From Fidelibacterota bacterium (GTDB lineage Bacteria > Fidelibacterota > UBA2242), in contig JBNGDF010000012.1 of assembly GCA_049975265.1 (NCBI GenBank), positions 1,513 to 65,512 on the forward strand: DNA of 64,000 nt, read 5' to 3'. Positions 37,087 through 47,039 of the stretch are shown piece after piece. The translations under genes and the position numbers were made by a program. Position 1 is the first letter of the stretch; each line of letters starts with the position of its first letter. The notes below the pieces were generated by a model. The model was not told the DNA's origin and ran no database searches. It worked only from the letters and a program-made list of their open reading frames with translations.

Positions 37087-38472
37087 TTACGAATAATCTG
37101 CCTGTTGAACTCTTGCAATGTAGTGGTCGGGATTGAATTTTCGGTGCAGTCCGCCGCTGCTCATATAGCGTACTTTTCCAAAGACCGGTCGTTCAAACCA
37201 GGGGCGGTCATGGAGTCCGCCGATGGACCACAAAATACCAGCATAGCCGTTGGGATCGCGCCCGTCAAGTTCGTATTTGTCGTTCAGGTAGACAGCGGTC
37301 TGAATCGCCTCTTCCGGAGACAGACTCCATTCGAGGATTTTTTTCGCCCAATACATGCGCATATAGCCGTGCATTTTGCCGGTTGTACACATTTCTAACT
37401 GGCAGGCGTTCCAGACCGGATCGTGTGTCGTGGCAGATTCGAATTGGTTCGGGGTGTAGAGAAACTCCCGCGGGTCTGCTTTGTGCTCGGTAAGGGTTTT
37501 TTTAGACCAGTCGGGCAGACCGTTCCAATTGTCATATTCGGGATTGTAAAAACAGAAGTTGTCGGAGAGCTCCCGGCGGACAATCAGCTCTTCCAAAAAC
37601 GCTTCAGCGGACTCTTTATCCGTAGCGGTTTTTTCGATTTCAAGGGCGATACGCTGGGCGCTGATCTGTCCGAAGTGCAGGTAGGGAGACAGATTTGACA
37701 GACCGGCGAGAGCCGGATCGTTACGCTGGTTGTTGTAGTTTTGCAGTTTGTTCTGGATGAATGTGTTAAGCATTTCGCGGGCGCCTGTTTCGCCCGGTTG
37801 CAGCCAATCAACCGGCGGGACACTCCGATCGACCGGTAATGGTTTTAATATCTTTAACCAATCAATTTCCGCTTGCGGTGTAGCGTTGGCGGGCGACAGC
37901 GGTTCCAAAACCGGATATTCCTGCAGGTATTGATAGAGCTGCCGGTGAATTTTTGGACGAATTGTCCGCGCGGCAAACTCCTGTTTTGGGGAGGCGCTCC
38001 AGCAGGGGATGATATTGTGCGCATCTACTTCGAAAAGCGGAACATCGGTTTTTGTGGCGAGTTCCTGTTTCCAATGCCGGTAAATCCGCAGAGGCGAGAA
38101 GTCACAGATCACGGCACCGACCTGCTGATTTTTAATAAATTTCGGGATCGTTTCGTCGGGTTGACCGGTGAACAACAGGAAAGGAATATGCAGCTGTTCC
38201 AGATTGACAGCCACTTCCTGTAAACCTCTTACCATGAAGTCGTATTGGCGCAGGGTAGCTCCTAAAAATTCCGGCATTAGATTGAAGATGACGAAAAGTG
38301 GCGCCTGGAACTTTTTCGCCATTTCGTACGCAAAAAGCAGCGCCCAGTTATCATTTACGCGCTGGTCGCGGCTCATCCAGTAGAGGATGGAACCGCCGGA
38401 ATAGCGGTGCTGGTCCAGCTGGCGGATTCGGGTTTTGTCGACGAGCGATGCTGAAATGATTGATTGCACCAT
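37087..38472 (-). CDS. phr: deoxyribodipyrimidine photolyase, class II
   Basis: 461 aa. N-terminal ILYWMSRDQRVNDNWAL. C-terminal CTTGKMHGYMRMYWAKKILEW is characteristic of class II CPD photolyases. Confidence 0.8.
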   Translation of the reverse strand: MVQSIISASLVDKTRIRQLDQHRYSGGSILYWMSRDQRVNDNWALLFAYEMAKKFQAPLFVIFNLMPEFLGATLRQYDFMVRGLQEVAVNLEQLHIPFLLFTGQPDETIPKFIKNQQVGAVICDFSPLRIYRHWKQELATKTDVPLFEVDAHNIIPCWSASPKQEFAARTIRPKIHRQLYQYLQEYPVLEPLSPANATPQAEIDWLKILKPLPVDRSVPPVDWLQPGETGAREMLNTFIQNKLQNYNNQRNDPALAGLSNLSPYLHFGQISAQRIALEIEKTATDKESAEAFLEELIVRRELSDNFCFYNPEYDNWNGLPDWSKKTLTEHKADPREFLYTPNQFESATTHDPVWNACQLEMCTTGKMHGYMRMYWAKKILEWSLSPEEAIQTAVYLNDKYELDGRDPNGYAGILWSIGGLHDRPWFERPVFGKVRYMSSGGLHRKFNPDHYIARVQQADYS

Positions 38473-38490
38473 TTAAGATAAGGATATATA

Positions 38491-38894
38491 TGGAATTAAA
38501 AAAGCAGGTACGGCAGGAGAATTGTCAATTAAAAAAAGGAGTGCTGATAAAGTCCGGGATTTTTAGAAATAAAATTTGTAAAATAGACTGAGGTTTTTAT
38601 TATATTTGGTGATGATGTTGCCACTGACGAACGAAAAAAAGTTGGATTATAGACCCATTTGCGGGAGTCGGCTCCACACTTATTGCGGCGATAAAAAACA
38701 AGCGAAACTGTATAGGAATTGAAAAAGAATCCCAGTATTGTGAAATCTGTAAAAATAGAATTGACGAATTAAGAGAGGGTACTTTAAAAATCAGACCGAT
38801 AAACAAACCGGTCCATAAACCTTCCGAGAATGATAAAGTTGCCCGAATTCCAAAGGAGTGGTTGGCAATAGAAAAAAATGGTTATCTTAAATGA
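38491..38894 (+). pseudogene. decayed DNA methyltransferase remnant (N-terminal start fragment plus C-terminal motif-I fragment)
   Basis: 38628-38894 encodes DPFAGVGSTLIAA...CIGIEKESQYCEICKNRI, which is motif I and the C-terminal end of beta-class N4/N6 methyltransferases. It is preceded by an in-frame stop. The 38491 ORF MELKKQV..ENCQLKK resembles a methyltransferase N-terminus. The catalytic core is absent. Confidence 0.5.
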
Positions 38895-39064
38895 AAAATA
38901 TGCAGAAAGAGATGTCTTCCGGACCACCCTGGTTCGAGAAAGAGGTTCATAATGTGCTCCGGCACGGGCGGACAAACCCGCCCGTTCCGCTGCTGATTCT
39001 CGGTATTGAACCTTAAAAATCTATCCGGTGATCAGCTTTTTTCAATGCTCTGTGATAAATATTC

Positions 39065-39514
39065 GTGCACAATCAAATTATAATTGGAGGCTTGATGGTC
39101 AATACCCCGAGTGCGTTTATTACCTGGGACGATAGCTGGTGCACCGGCATCACCACTATAGATGAGGAACACCGCCGGCTGGTGAAATTAATTCAGAAAC
39201 TGTTCGGCGCGCTAATTTCAGTTCAGGCGGCAGAGCACATCAGAGAAATTCTCCATGAACTGATTGATTATACCCGTTACCATTTCAATAACGAGGAACA
39301 GGTAATGTCGGAATATGCTTATCCGGAACTGGCAGATCATAAGGTTCAGCATCAGGATTTGATTCGGCAGGTTCTGGATGTCAGTGACCGGATTCTGACT
39401 GAGGGTGAATCGGAACAGCTAAGTGATGATGTGTTCGAATTTCTAAAAGGCTGGCTGGTAAATCATATCATCAATGAAGACTTAAAGTTTAAGTCGTATC
39501 TTGAGAAAAAGTAG
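39065..39514 (+). CDS. hemerythrin-like metal-binding protein (bacteriohemerythrin)
   Basis: WDDSWCTGITTIDEEHRRL...YTRYHFNNEE...HKVQHQDL...WLVNHIINEDLKF. The His/Glu/Asp spacing matches hemerythrin. Confidence 0.8.
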   Translation: MHNQIIIGGLMVNTPSAFITWDDSWCTGITTIDEEHRRLVKLIQKLFGALISVQAAEHIREILHELIDYTRYHFNNEEQVMSEYAYPELADHKVQHQDLIRQVLDVSDRILTEGESEQLSDDVFEFLKGWLVNHIINEDLKFKSYLEKK

Positions 39515-39560
39515 CTGACGGTCAGCCCTCCTCTCGAAACCATCCGGTGGATTGTCGGCA

Positions 39561-39743
39561 CTACATGCAGAAATGTTGCAGGGCTTCAAACACGAAAAAG
39601 ACCGGCCAGATGAGAGCTTTGAAAAAACCGAGCACACCCACCCAGAAACCGGTGGCATGAGAGATATAATAGACCATTGCGCCGATCAAGCCAAGCCCGT
39701 ATAAGGCGTTGGACGGAGCGCTGCACTGCAATTCGTTTTTCAT
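39561..39743 (-). CDS. small hydrophobic membrane protein (60 aa)
   Basis: Near-consensus RBS AAGGGAGG 7 nt upstream. Two predicted TM helices. Downstream of the HAD gene on the same strand. Confidence 0.45.
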   Translation of the reverse strand: MKNELQCSAPSNALYGLGLIGAMVYYISHATGFWVGVLGFFKALIWPVFFVFEALQHFCM

Positions 39744-39793
39744 GATAAACCTCCCTTTTCAATGATGGTTGATAACTTGACAAAAAGTTGCAT

Positions 39794-40432
39794 TCATATG
39801 ATAATATTGCGTTTAATAAGTGCCTTATGGAAGGATGTCCAATCGGTGAACTGAATTGCATTAAGACCCAGATTTCTGGCGGCGGTGACATGGGTCTCCC
39901 GATCATCTATGAACAGTGTATTTTCGGGGGTGGCTGCCAGCATTTGCAGAATTTTTTCGAAGGCTTCCCGTTGCGGCTTGATGAGCCGGTGCTCGGAAGA
40001 GATCAGCATTGCGTCGAACAGCTCGTTCAGCTGGTTGGTCTCGAGAATCGGGCGCAGCCACTGGGCGATAAAATTTGTCAGCAGTCCGATTTTATAATCC
40101 TTTTGGCGGACGGATCGAATCAGTTCGACGACTTGTTTATTGAGGATGATATACGCCAGAATACCGTTTCGTATTTCCTTCTCCGGGAATCCAATTATCT
40201 GACCGATTCTTTTTATAAATTCGCCTTCCGAGATAGCGGCACTGTCGGCGAGCATTGAGAGCTCCAGCAGAGCGCTGCGGTGTTTTTCCAGACCGGGAAC
40301 ATTTTCTTCAAACCAGAGCCAGTAGCCGTCGGAAGCAATCACCCCGGCGAAATCAAATATGAGGGTGTTGATCATAGTTGAAAGAATTAAACCTCCGTTT
40401 TTGTCGGATAACTGGTGAATAAATATAATCAC
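39794..40432 (-). CDS. HAD-superfamily hydrolase, subfamily IA
   Basis: Motif I FDFAGVI (DxD-like) at the N-terminus and a C-terminal LFIDDRETHV motif. 212 aa. Confidence 0.7.
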   Translation of the reverse strand: MIIFIHQLSDKNGGLILSTMINTLIFDFAGVIASDGYWLWFEENVPGLEKHRSALLELSMLADSAAISEGEFIKRIGQIIGFPEKEIRNGILAYIILNKQVVELIRSVRQKDYKIGLLTNFIAQWLRPILETNQLNELFDAMLISSEHRLIKPQREAFEKILQMLAATPENTLFIDDRETHVTAARNLGLNAIQFTDWTSFHKALIKRNIII

Positions 40433-40615
40433 CGGTGGTGAAATTTGCGAATTGAAACGGAGAATATTGTAGAAATAATGTGACCGGAATTACTTTTCAA
40501 ATGGTTCGGTTTCTTTACCTTACACTTAACAAGCATTCGTTTTAGGTGGTCAGGGGGACAGGCAACAGAGGTTGTTTCGGGGGTCGAAACAGCCGAGAGA
40601 GGCGGGTTTAGGCAG

Positions 40616-42388
40616 ATGAGAAAAATGGCAGTGGCGCTTTTAATGGTATTGAATTTTGGTAGTGTTCTTTGGGCGGCGGGAACGGAACCAACAGGCAGTC
40701 CACGGCAGGTATCCACGCGGGAACATCTGCTCTGGATTTGTACGAACAGCTCTTCCTGGGGCGATGACTTTATTCAAACAGCGGACATTGTATTTACACA
40801 GGAAGATTTCGAAAACGGCGGCGCTTTTTATAATGTCGGTGCCGGCTTTTCACCAATCGGCAACAACGGCACCAAATTCACAGGATCGTATGACGGGCAG
40901 GAATTCAGCATCGAGGGATTATTAATAAATCGGACATCTGATTATATCGGGCTGTTCGGCTGGATCAGTGATGCAACTATTCAGAATCTGAGTGTTACCA
41001 GCGTCGATATATCCGGTGGAACCTTTGTCGGCGGGCTGGTTGGTGTCAATACGGTTTCTGCCACAATATCCAATTGTTCCACATCCGGCAGGGTAACCGG
41101 CACCGGTGATTATGTTGGCGGATTGATTGGATATAGCAATGCCATTATTGAAAATTCAAGCAGCGTTTGTCAGGTTATTGGTAATAGTTATATCGGAGGG
41201 CTGGTGGGTAGTAATGACGTGACTGTGAGTCGCTGTTATAGTTGTGGTGAGGTTACTGGAAATCAGCACGCCGGTGGCTTGGTGGGATATAACACATCAA
41301 CCATTGATAACTCTTTTTGTGTTGGAAGTGTAATCCGAGCCAGTGGAAGCACCTCAGAAAGTTTAGGTGATTTCGTTGGGTATAATTATAATGGAGTGGT
41401 GGCATTCTGTTATTCAACGGGTAGTGTCAGTTATAATAGTGCCGAAAATCCAACGGATAAAGGTTTTATCGGCGAGCAGGCTGGATCAGGTAATAGCTAT
41501 GCCAATAATTTCTTCGATAGTACCGCTTCCAACCAGAGCAGCGATGCCGTCGGATCGGCAACTCCCAAAACGACTGTTGAGATGAAAAATGTCAGAACCT
41601 TTACCGATGTGGAATGGAGTTTGGGTTTGTCATTCGCCTGGGACTTTGAAACCAATCCCTATGACGATGAAGCCAATAACAATTATTGGGACCTGGACCT
41701 CGATGGAATCATCAATAACGGCTATCCCTATCTCTCCTGGGAAGATGGCGCGGATGTGTCTCTGCCGGTGGTGTTGGTGAATTTCACTGCGGATCAGAGT
41801 CGTGATGGAGTGGTATTGCGGTGGACGACGGAAAGCGAGATTGAAAACTTGGGTTTCATTATATGTAGAAAGTGCAAAGTGTCTCCAACAGGAGTCCCTG
41901 AGGGGAAAAGTTCAAAATGGGAAGAAATTGCGAGTTATTTGACGGATGCAGCGTTGCAGGGGCAGGGTTCGACGGCGGAAAAACACGATTATCAGTATAT
42001 TGACTTTGCGGTTCAACCGGGAATGACCTATGAATACCGATTAAGCGACGTGGATTTCGGCGGGAAGGTCACCTGGTGCGCCGGGGCAGAGATCAGGATT
42101 AAGGTCGGAGATGCCCCGGTGGCGACAGAATTCGGTTTACAAAAAACCTTTCCCAATCCCTTTAACGCGAACGTGACGCTCTGCTACAACCTTTCCGATA
42201 ACGGTAAGACCAACCTGGCGGTTTACAACCTGCGTGGTCAATTGGTGGCAACCCTTGTCAATGTGGATAAAACGAAAGGTACATATCAGGTGAACTGGCA
42301 GCCGCGGCAGCTGAGTACCGGCATATATATTGTCCGTCTGGAATCGGGTGCCCGAACAACGTACCGGAAGATTGAATATGTAAAATGA
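40616..42388 (+). CDS. secreted GLUG-motif repeat protein with T9SS C-terminal sorting domain
   Basis: Signal peptide. Repeated GGLVG/GGLIGY GLUG-like repeats. A pre-CTD domain (LRWTTESEIENLGFI...YRLSDVDFGGKVTW) is paralogous to the protein at 14495. C-terminal PNPFNANVTLCYNL...YIVRL is a T9SS CTD. Confidence 0.65.
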   Translation: MRKMAVALLMVLNFGSVLWAAGTEPTGSPRQVSTREHLLWICTNSSSWGDDFIQTADIVFTQEDFENGGAFYNVGAGFSPIGNNGTKFTGSYDGQEFSIEGLLINRTSDYIGLFGWISDATIQNLSVTSVDISGGTFVGGLVGVNTVSATISNCSTSGRVTGTGDYVGGLIGYSNAIIENSSSVCQVIGNSYIGGLVGSNDVTVSRCYSCGEVTGNQHAGGLVGYNTSTIDNSFCVGSVIRASGSTSESLGDFVGYNYNGVVAFCYSTGSVSYNSAENPTDKGFIGEQAGSGNSYANNFFDSTASNQSSDAVGSATPKTTVEMKNVRTFTDVEWSLGLSFAWDFETNPYDDEANNNYWDLDLDGIINNGYPYLSWEDGADVSLPVVLVNFTADQSRDGVVLRWTTESEIENLGFIICRKCKVSPTGVPEGKSSKWEEIASYLTDAALQGQGSTAEKHDYQYIDFAVQPGMTYEYRLSDVDFGGKVTWCAGAEIRIKVGDAPVATEFGLQKTFPNPFNANVTLCYNLSDNGKTNLAVYNLRGQLVATLVNVDKTKGTYQVNWQPRQLSTGIYIVRLESGARTTYRKIEYVK

Positions 42389-42584
42389 AATAGCCAGAAG
42401 GTAATCATTCTTCCTGTGTTCTGAGACAGATGGTGCTTTTGCGGTCTGTTCAGCACCGAAAAACCATTCAAAGTTGAATAAATACAAGTCTTGTGTAATA
42501 TTAATCCTTGACATTGTATTATTACAGCCTTATATTGACCATGGTGGTATAATATTTGACAGATTGAGCAGAAAGGAGTTGGTT

Positions 42585-43331
42585 ATGTTAAGAAGTATAA
42601 ATGAGATTGTTGGATATTCTCTGGATGCAGAGGATGGTAACATCGGTAAATGTTGGGATTTTCTGTTTGATGATAAATTCTGGACGGTACGCTATATGGT
42701 TGCCGATACAGGTAAGTGGTTGCCGGGTCGTAAAGTCATTATTTCACCGATTTCTCTTGGTGAGCCGGATTGGTCAGCGCAGGCGTTCCCGGTGCGATTG
42801 ACGAAAAAGCAGATTGAGAATACTCCAGGTTTGGATGAAGCCGAACCGGTATCGCGGCAACATGAGATTCGCTTCTTTAAGTATTATGGCTGGCCTTATT
42901 ACTGGGGTGGAGCGCATGTCTGGGGTGCCGTGGCATTTCCGGGATTGCTGTATGATCGTAAACCGGTGGATAGTGATTCAGTGGACAAAGAATCCGGAGA
43001 CGAGCATTTACGCTCGGCAAGAGAGGTGACGGGATATTATATTCAAGCCCGGGATGGAGAGGTTGGTCACGTCGAAGATTTCATATTGGATGATGACGCC
43101 TGGATCATCCGCTATCTGGTTGTTGATACCCGCAACTGGCTGCCCGGTAAAAAGGTACTGCTTGCACCGGATTGGATCGAATCGATTGACTGGTCCTGTC
43201 AAAAAGTGGTGGTGGACCTGACCCAGGAAGAGATAAAAGCCAGTCCCGAATATGATCCCAAAGTACCGGTCAATCGGGAATATGAGGAACGACTGTACGA
43301 TTTTTATGGTCGCCCGATGTACTGGGTGTAA
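42585..43331 (+). CDS. tandem PRC-barrel domain protein
   Basis: Two repeats of ...G.VED...DD..W.IRYLV.DTG.WLPG.KVL..P. Perfect RBS AAAGGAG. The real start is internal to track ORF 42474. Confidence 0.7.
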   Translation: MLRSINEIVGYSLDAEDGNIGKCWDFLFDDKFWTVRYMVADTGKWLPGRKVIISPISLGEPDWSAQAFPVRLTKKQIENTPGLDEAEPVSRQHEIRFFKYYGWPYYWGGAHVWGAVAFPGLLYDRKPVDSDSVDKESGDEHLRSAREVTGYYIQARDGEVGHVEDFILDDDAWIIRYLVVDTRNWLPGKKVLLAPDWIESIDWSCQKVVVDLTQEEIKASPEYDPKVPVNREYEERLYDFYGRPMYWV

Positions 43332-43506
43332 TTGTCATCTTCGGGTTGGTGGTGATACCTGAACAGAAAATCACACGTAGCGAGTGGTATCTGCTATAAG
43401 CGGGGCTGAACCTGCTTTGCTGTGCTCCGCAGGTCAGGCGGGATACAATGAGGCATGACTTTCCGATAAAAGTAAAAACCCACCTCCAAGGTGGGTTTTA
43501 TGACTG

Positions 43507-43580
43507 CGGGGCCGACGGGATTCGAACCCGCAACTTCCGGCGTGACAGGCCGGTGCTCTAACCAGTTGAACTACGGCTCC
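43507..43580 (-). tRNA. tRNA-Asp (anticodon GUC)
   Basis: Minus strand reads GGAGCCGTAGTTCAACTGGTTAGAGCACCGGCCTGTCACGCCGGAAGTTGCGGGTTCGAATCCCGTCGGCCCCG. Cloverleaf with a GTC anticodon loop and a TTCGAAT T-loop. A terminator hairpin AAACCCACCTTGGAGGTGGGTTT plus U-tract is downstream (43462-43500). Confidence 0.85.
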
Positions 43581-43675
43581 ATTTTGAAAAATCATTGAGA
43601 ATTTCCGGAGTGATCCTGCTTCGCTGCGCTTCGCAGGACGAGTCCAGCCTCGCAATGCGACGCTGAACGCGCAGA

Positions 43676-43726
43676 CCGGTGCTCTAACCCGATCTATCGG
43701 GAAACTACGGCTCCATTTTCAAAGTC
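43676..43726 (-). pseudogene. degenerate partial duplicate of tRNA-Asp (5' flank + acceptor/D-arm, hairpin inserted in D-loop, anticodon/T arms deleted)
   Basis: TTGAAAATGGAGCCGTAGTT and TTAGAGCACCGG are identical to the intact copy. The rest is replaced or deleted. The downstream hairpin is also duplicated with compensatory changes. Confidence 0.55.
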
Positions 43727-43870
43727 CCGATTGCTCGGGCGGACGCAAATTTAAAGATTTTATCAGCCCAGCGCAAGCAGAAACAACAATGCCGGAAAAA
43801 TTATTCCTACTCTGAAATATTCTTCATATTTTAATGCCAATGACGAAACAATACAATATCGGGAGATAAA

Positions 43871-44974
43871 ATGGGATTCAAATGCGGAATAGTCGGTCTG
43901 CCGAATGTGGGGAAATCCACCTTGTTCAACGCTTTGACACACGCCGGCGTGGCAATGGAAAATTATCCCTTCTGCACGATCGAGCCTCACGTGGGAATCG
44001 TCGAAGTGCCCGATCAACGCCTGGAGCTCCTGCGGAAAATCTATCAACCCGAAAAACTCATTCCCACCACCCTGCAGTTCGTAGACATCGCCGGGCTGGT
44101 GAAAGGTGCTTCGCAGGGCGAGGGGTTGGGCAACCAGTTTCTCAGTTATATTCAGGCGGTTGATGCGCTGGTGCATGTGGTGCGTTGTTTTGAGGATATC
44201 AATGTAGCCCATATTGACGACCGCCTCGATCCCGCTCGGGATTTCGAAATTGTGGAGACTGAAATATTGCTGAAGGATTTGGAAACTATTGAGAATCGGA
44301 TTCACAAAATCCAGGTCAAAGCCCGCAGCGGCGATCAGAAATTGAAAAAGCAGATGGTGATTCTGGAGGAGCTGAGGGAACTATTATCCCGGGGTAAGTC
44401 CGCCAAGAATTATCATGCTCATCCTGAAGAGGAGGGGTTTATCAGGGAACTGGGACTGCTGTCCCGCAAACCGGTGCTGATTGTGGGGAATATCTCTGAA
44501 AGTGAAGCGACTTCCGGAAAAAAGACTCCCGTTACTACGGAGTTTGAACAATTCGCGCTTTCTACCGGCAACTTTTTTCTGACTCTCTCGGCGAATCTGG
44601 AGCTGGAGCTGACGGAGCTGGAGCCGGATGAACGGAAATTGCTGATGAAGGAGTGGCAGATCGCCGAATCCGGACTGGAACGCCTGATCAAAGCCGGTTA
44701 TTCGCTGCTGCAGCTGATCAGCTTCTTTACCATGGAATCCAATATTTGTCAAGCCTGGACGGTACCCACGGGTTCGCCGGCGGTCAAAGCCGCCGCACAG
44801 ATTCACAGCGGTTTTGAAGAACGGTTTATCAAAGCTGAAGTGCGCCACTGGCAGGACATTGAAAAAACCAAATCCGAGAAATTGCTGCATGAACAGGGTC
44901 TGATCCATATCGAAGGCAAGTCCTATATCGTCCGGGACGGCGACGTCATCACTTTCAAATTGGCGCCAGGCTAA
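43871..44974 (+). CDS. ychF: ribosome-binding ATPase YchF (Obg-family GTPase)
   Basis: GIVGLPNVGKSTLFNALT G1 motif, a DIAGLV switch, and the C-terminal TGS domain. Confidence 0.9.
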   Translation: MGFKCGIVGLPNVGKSTLFNALTHAGVAMENYPFCTIEPHVGIVEVPDQRLELLRKIYQPEKLIPTTLQFVDIAGLVKGASQGEGLGNQFLSYIQAVDALVHVVRCFEDINVAHIDDRLDPARDFEIVETEILLKDLETIENRIHKIQVKARSGDQKLKKQMVILEELRELLSRGKSAKNYHAHPEEEGFIRELGLLSRKPVLIVGNISESEATSGKKTPVTTEFEQFALSTGNFFLTLSANLELELTELEPDERKLLMKEWQIAESGLERLIKAGYSLLQLISFFTMESNICQAWTVPTGSPAVKAAAQIHSGFEERFIKAEVRHWQDIEKTKSEKLLHEQGLIHIEGKSYIVRDGDVITFKLAPG

Positions 44975-44982
44975 GGATTTAA

Positions 44983-45678
44983 ATGTCCTCTTTTTTAGCG
45001 GAGCTGCAGAAACTGAATCAGAAAGCAAATTTTTTCAGCAGGGAGCGCCGGCTGCTGCTGGCTGTTTCCGGCGGCATTGACAGCCTCTGCATGGCGCAGG
45101 TGCTGGCAGAATACCGCCGCGTGATTAATCCCGGTCTGAGCCTGGAAGCGGCGAATGTGCAGATCCCCCAAACGGCGCTGAAAGATTCTGATATGCAAAT
45201 CTTGCGCGATTTTTTTAAAGAAATGAATATTCCGCTAACGATAATCAATGGAAATGTTGACGATTCACAACCATTCATCTGCTATATCTGCGCCAGGGAA
45301 CGCCGCAAACGGATTTTCCAGCATGCCGCAGAGCGGAAAATCGGATTAGTCGCCCTGGGACACAATCTGGATGATTATCTGGAAACCGCCTTGCTGAATC
45401 TGGTCCACGCCGGACACATGGAGTCATTACAGCCGGTGCAATCCTATTTTAATAATAAAATTACAGTGCTGCGTCCGCTGCTTTCGATTCGTAAAAAGCA
45501 TGTTACGGCTTATGCGAAAGAGCATCAATTCCCAAAATTGACTTCCCAGTGTGCTTATGAATCCGACAACCGGCGTGCGGCAATTCGTACGCTTATGGCT
45601 CAGCTGCAACGCTTAAACCGGGCGTTTATTCCCAATCTGCGCAAGGCGGTGAACCGGTGGAATAAATTAGAGGTTTAA
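44983..45678 (+). CDS. PP-loop ATPase, TtcA/TilS-like tRNA-modification enzyme
   Basis: SGGIDS PP-loop. CYICARERRKRIF resembles the TtcA CxxC...RxRR motif. Confidence 0.5.
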   Translation: MSSFLAELQKLNQKANFFSRERRLLLAVSGGIDSLCMAQVLAEYRRVINPGLSLEAANVQIPQTALKDSDMQILRDFFKEMNIPLTIINGNVDDSQPFICYICARERRKRIFQHAAERKIGLVALGHNLDDYLETALLNLVHAGHMESLQPVQSYFNNKITVLRPLLSIRKKHVTAYAKEHQFPKLTSQCAYESDNRRAAIRTLMAQLQRLNRAFIPNLRKAVNRWNKLEV

Positions 45679-47039
45679 AATTTCGGCGCTTCCACCAGTT
45701 TTAAAAGCTTCATCAGCAGTAATGAGATAATCAGTGCTCCGGCAAATACACCAACGGTTAGAAGAAGACTCCAATTCCACCAGATCGGCGCGTTGATCAG
45801 GACACTATAGCCCAGAATCACCGGAACCATGAAGAGATTCATGATGCCGACCTCCACGGCGACCGGCGATTTGAATTCCGGATCAACGATTCGGAGCAGC
45901 AGCAGTCCGCTGGAGACGGTGCCGGTGACCGTTCCGTAAATGGTTACCGACCGTTCAATGTTGTACGAGAACAGCCGCCGCCCCAGGAAAATCACCATGA
46001 TAGTGGTTGTCAGACCGCCGGTCAGTGCAATCAGCGTCACCGGCAGGATGAATTTCCAGACCACTACCACCTGGATCGCCATAATGGTGGACACAATCAG
46101 GTAATCCACCGAGAACCCGGTAATGCGCCGTTGCAGACCGGAATCCAGCAGATGGTCTATTTTAAGTTTTTTCATTATGAGTTTGACCAGAAAGGCAATC
46201 GCCATCCCGATAAAGAAGAAAAATCCCCAGAGCATTTTTGCCATGTCCGGAGGGAGCAATTTTCCCAGTAGCAGTGTGAAACCGTACGACAGCAGATAGA
46301 CCAGTCCGATGACGGCGGCATGAAATGCCAGGGTTTCAATATTGCCGGAGTGCATGGTGAGATTCCCGGCGGGCTCTTTATCATGATCTTTTGGCACAAT
46401 GCCTTTCAGAAAGTGGCGTGGCAGTGATCCGGGCACCTGTGCCGTAAGCCCCTTGCGGATGCCCCAGTTCGCAATGGGTACTCCGACGAAAAAGGAAAAC
46501 AGAAATCCTAGGGCGGCAAAGGTCAGCCCGATCGTGGCGGCATGTTCGAATCCCACGGTCTCCCAGACTTTGCCGAAGGACAGCGCCTGCCCGGGTCCCT
46601 CCTCAAAGCCCAACGATAGGAGAAAACCGAAAGTCGGGAACAGTTTAAAACCCAGCAGCCCGATTACGATGACGATAAGTCCCCCGATCACCGCTTGCAT
46701 CGAAAAGGAGATGCTCTGAATCACCGCCATCCAGGCGGAGCCTTTCAGATAATCTCTGGCGCGGATGGTGTCCGGCTGATCTTCGTTGCTGCCGGACAGA
46801 CCGACAGAAATAAAGGAAATATTGAAAAAATGATAGGCAAATGTTTCGAGTGCTGAGGCTTCGATCCTAAGAACGCCGCAGCTGATAAAGACCAGCCCGA
46901 GAATGCCACCCAGAAGGCAGCTGGGAATTAGGAAATATTGAAAGAAGTGCAGCTTGTTGCGGAGATAGGCTCCGATCAGCAGCATCACGGATAATGCCCC
47001 GAAGATCAGCATCGTTTCAAATGGAAATGGAATGTTCAT
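45675..47039 (-). CDS. polytopic membrane transporter, GltS-like (paralog of 25114-26520)
   Basis: 454 aa. Shares LGFEEGPGQALSFGKVWE and LLLLRIVDPEFKSPVAVE blocks with the paralog. Confidence 0.4.
   Translation of the reverse strand: MNIPFPFETMLIFGALSVMLLIGAYLRNKLHFFQYFLIPSCLLGGILGLVFISCGVLRIEASALETFAYHFFNISFISVGLSGSNEDQPDTIRARDYLKGSAWMAVIQSISFSMQAVIGGLIVIVIGLLGFKLFPTFGFLLSLGFEEGPGQALSFGKVWETVGFEHAATIGLTFAALGFLFSFFVGVPIANWGIRKGLTAQVPGSLPRHFLKGIVPKDHDKEPAGNLTMHSGNIETLAFHAAVIGLVYLLSYGFTLLLGKLLPPDMAKMLWGFFFFIGMAIAFLVKLIMKKLKIDHLLDSGLQRRITGFSVDYLIVSTIMAIQVVVVWKFILPVTLIALTGGLTTTIMVIFLGRRLFSYNIERSVTIYGTVTGTVSSGLLLLRIVDPEFKSPVAVEVGIMNLFMVPVILGYSVLINAPIWWNWSLLLTVGVFAGALIISLLLMKLLKLVEAPKF

Noticed and set aside
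39586-39906. 106-aa minus-strand ORF overlapping the 60-aa membrane-protein ORF and the HAD gene 3' end
   Set aside because: No RBS. Overlaps two better-supported genes. Arg/Ser-rich junk-like sequence.
43434-43655. 73-aa minus-strand ORF
   Set aside because: It is the translation of the tRNA-Asp gene and its flanks. Not a protein gene.
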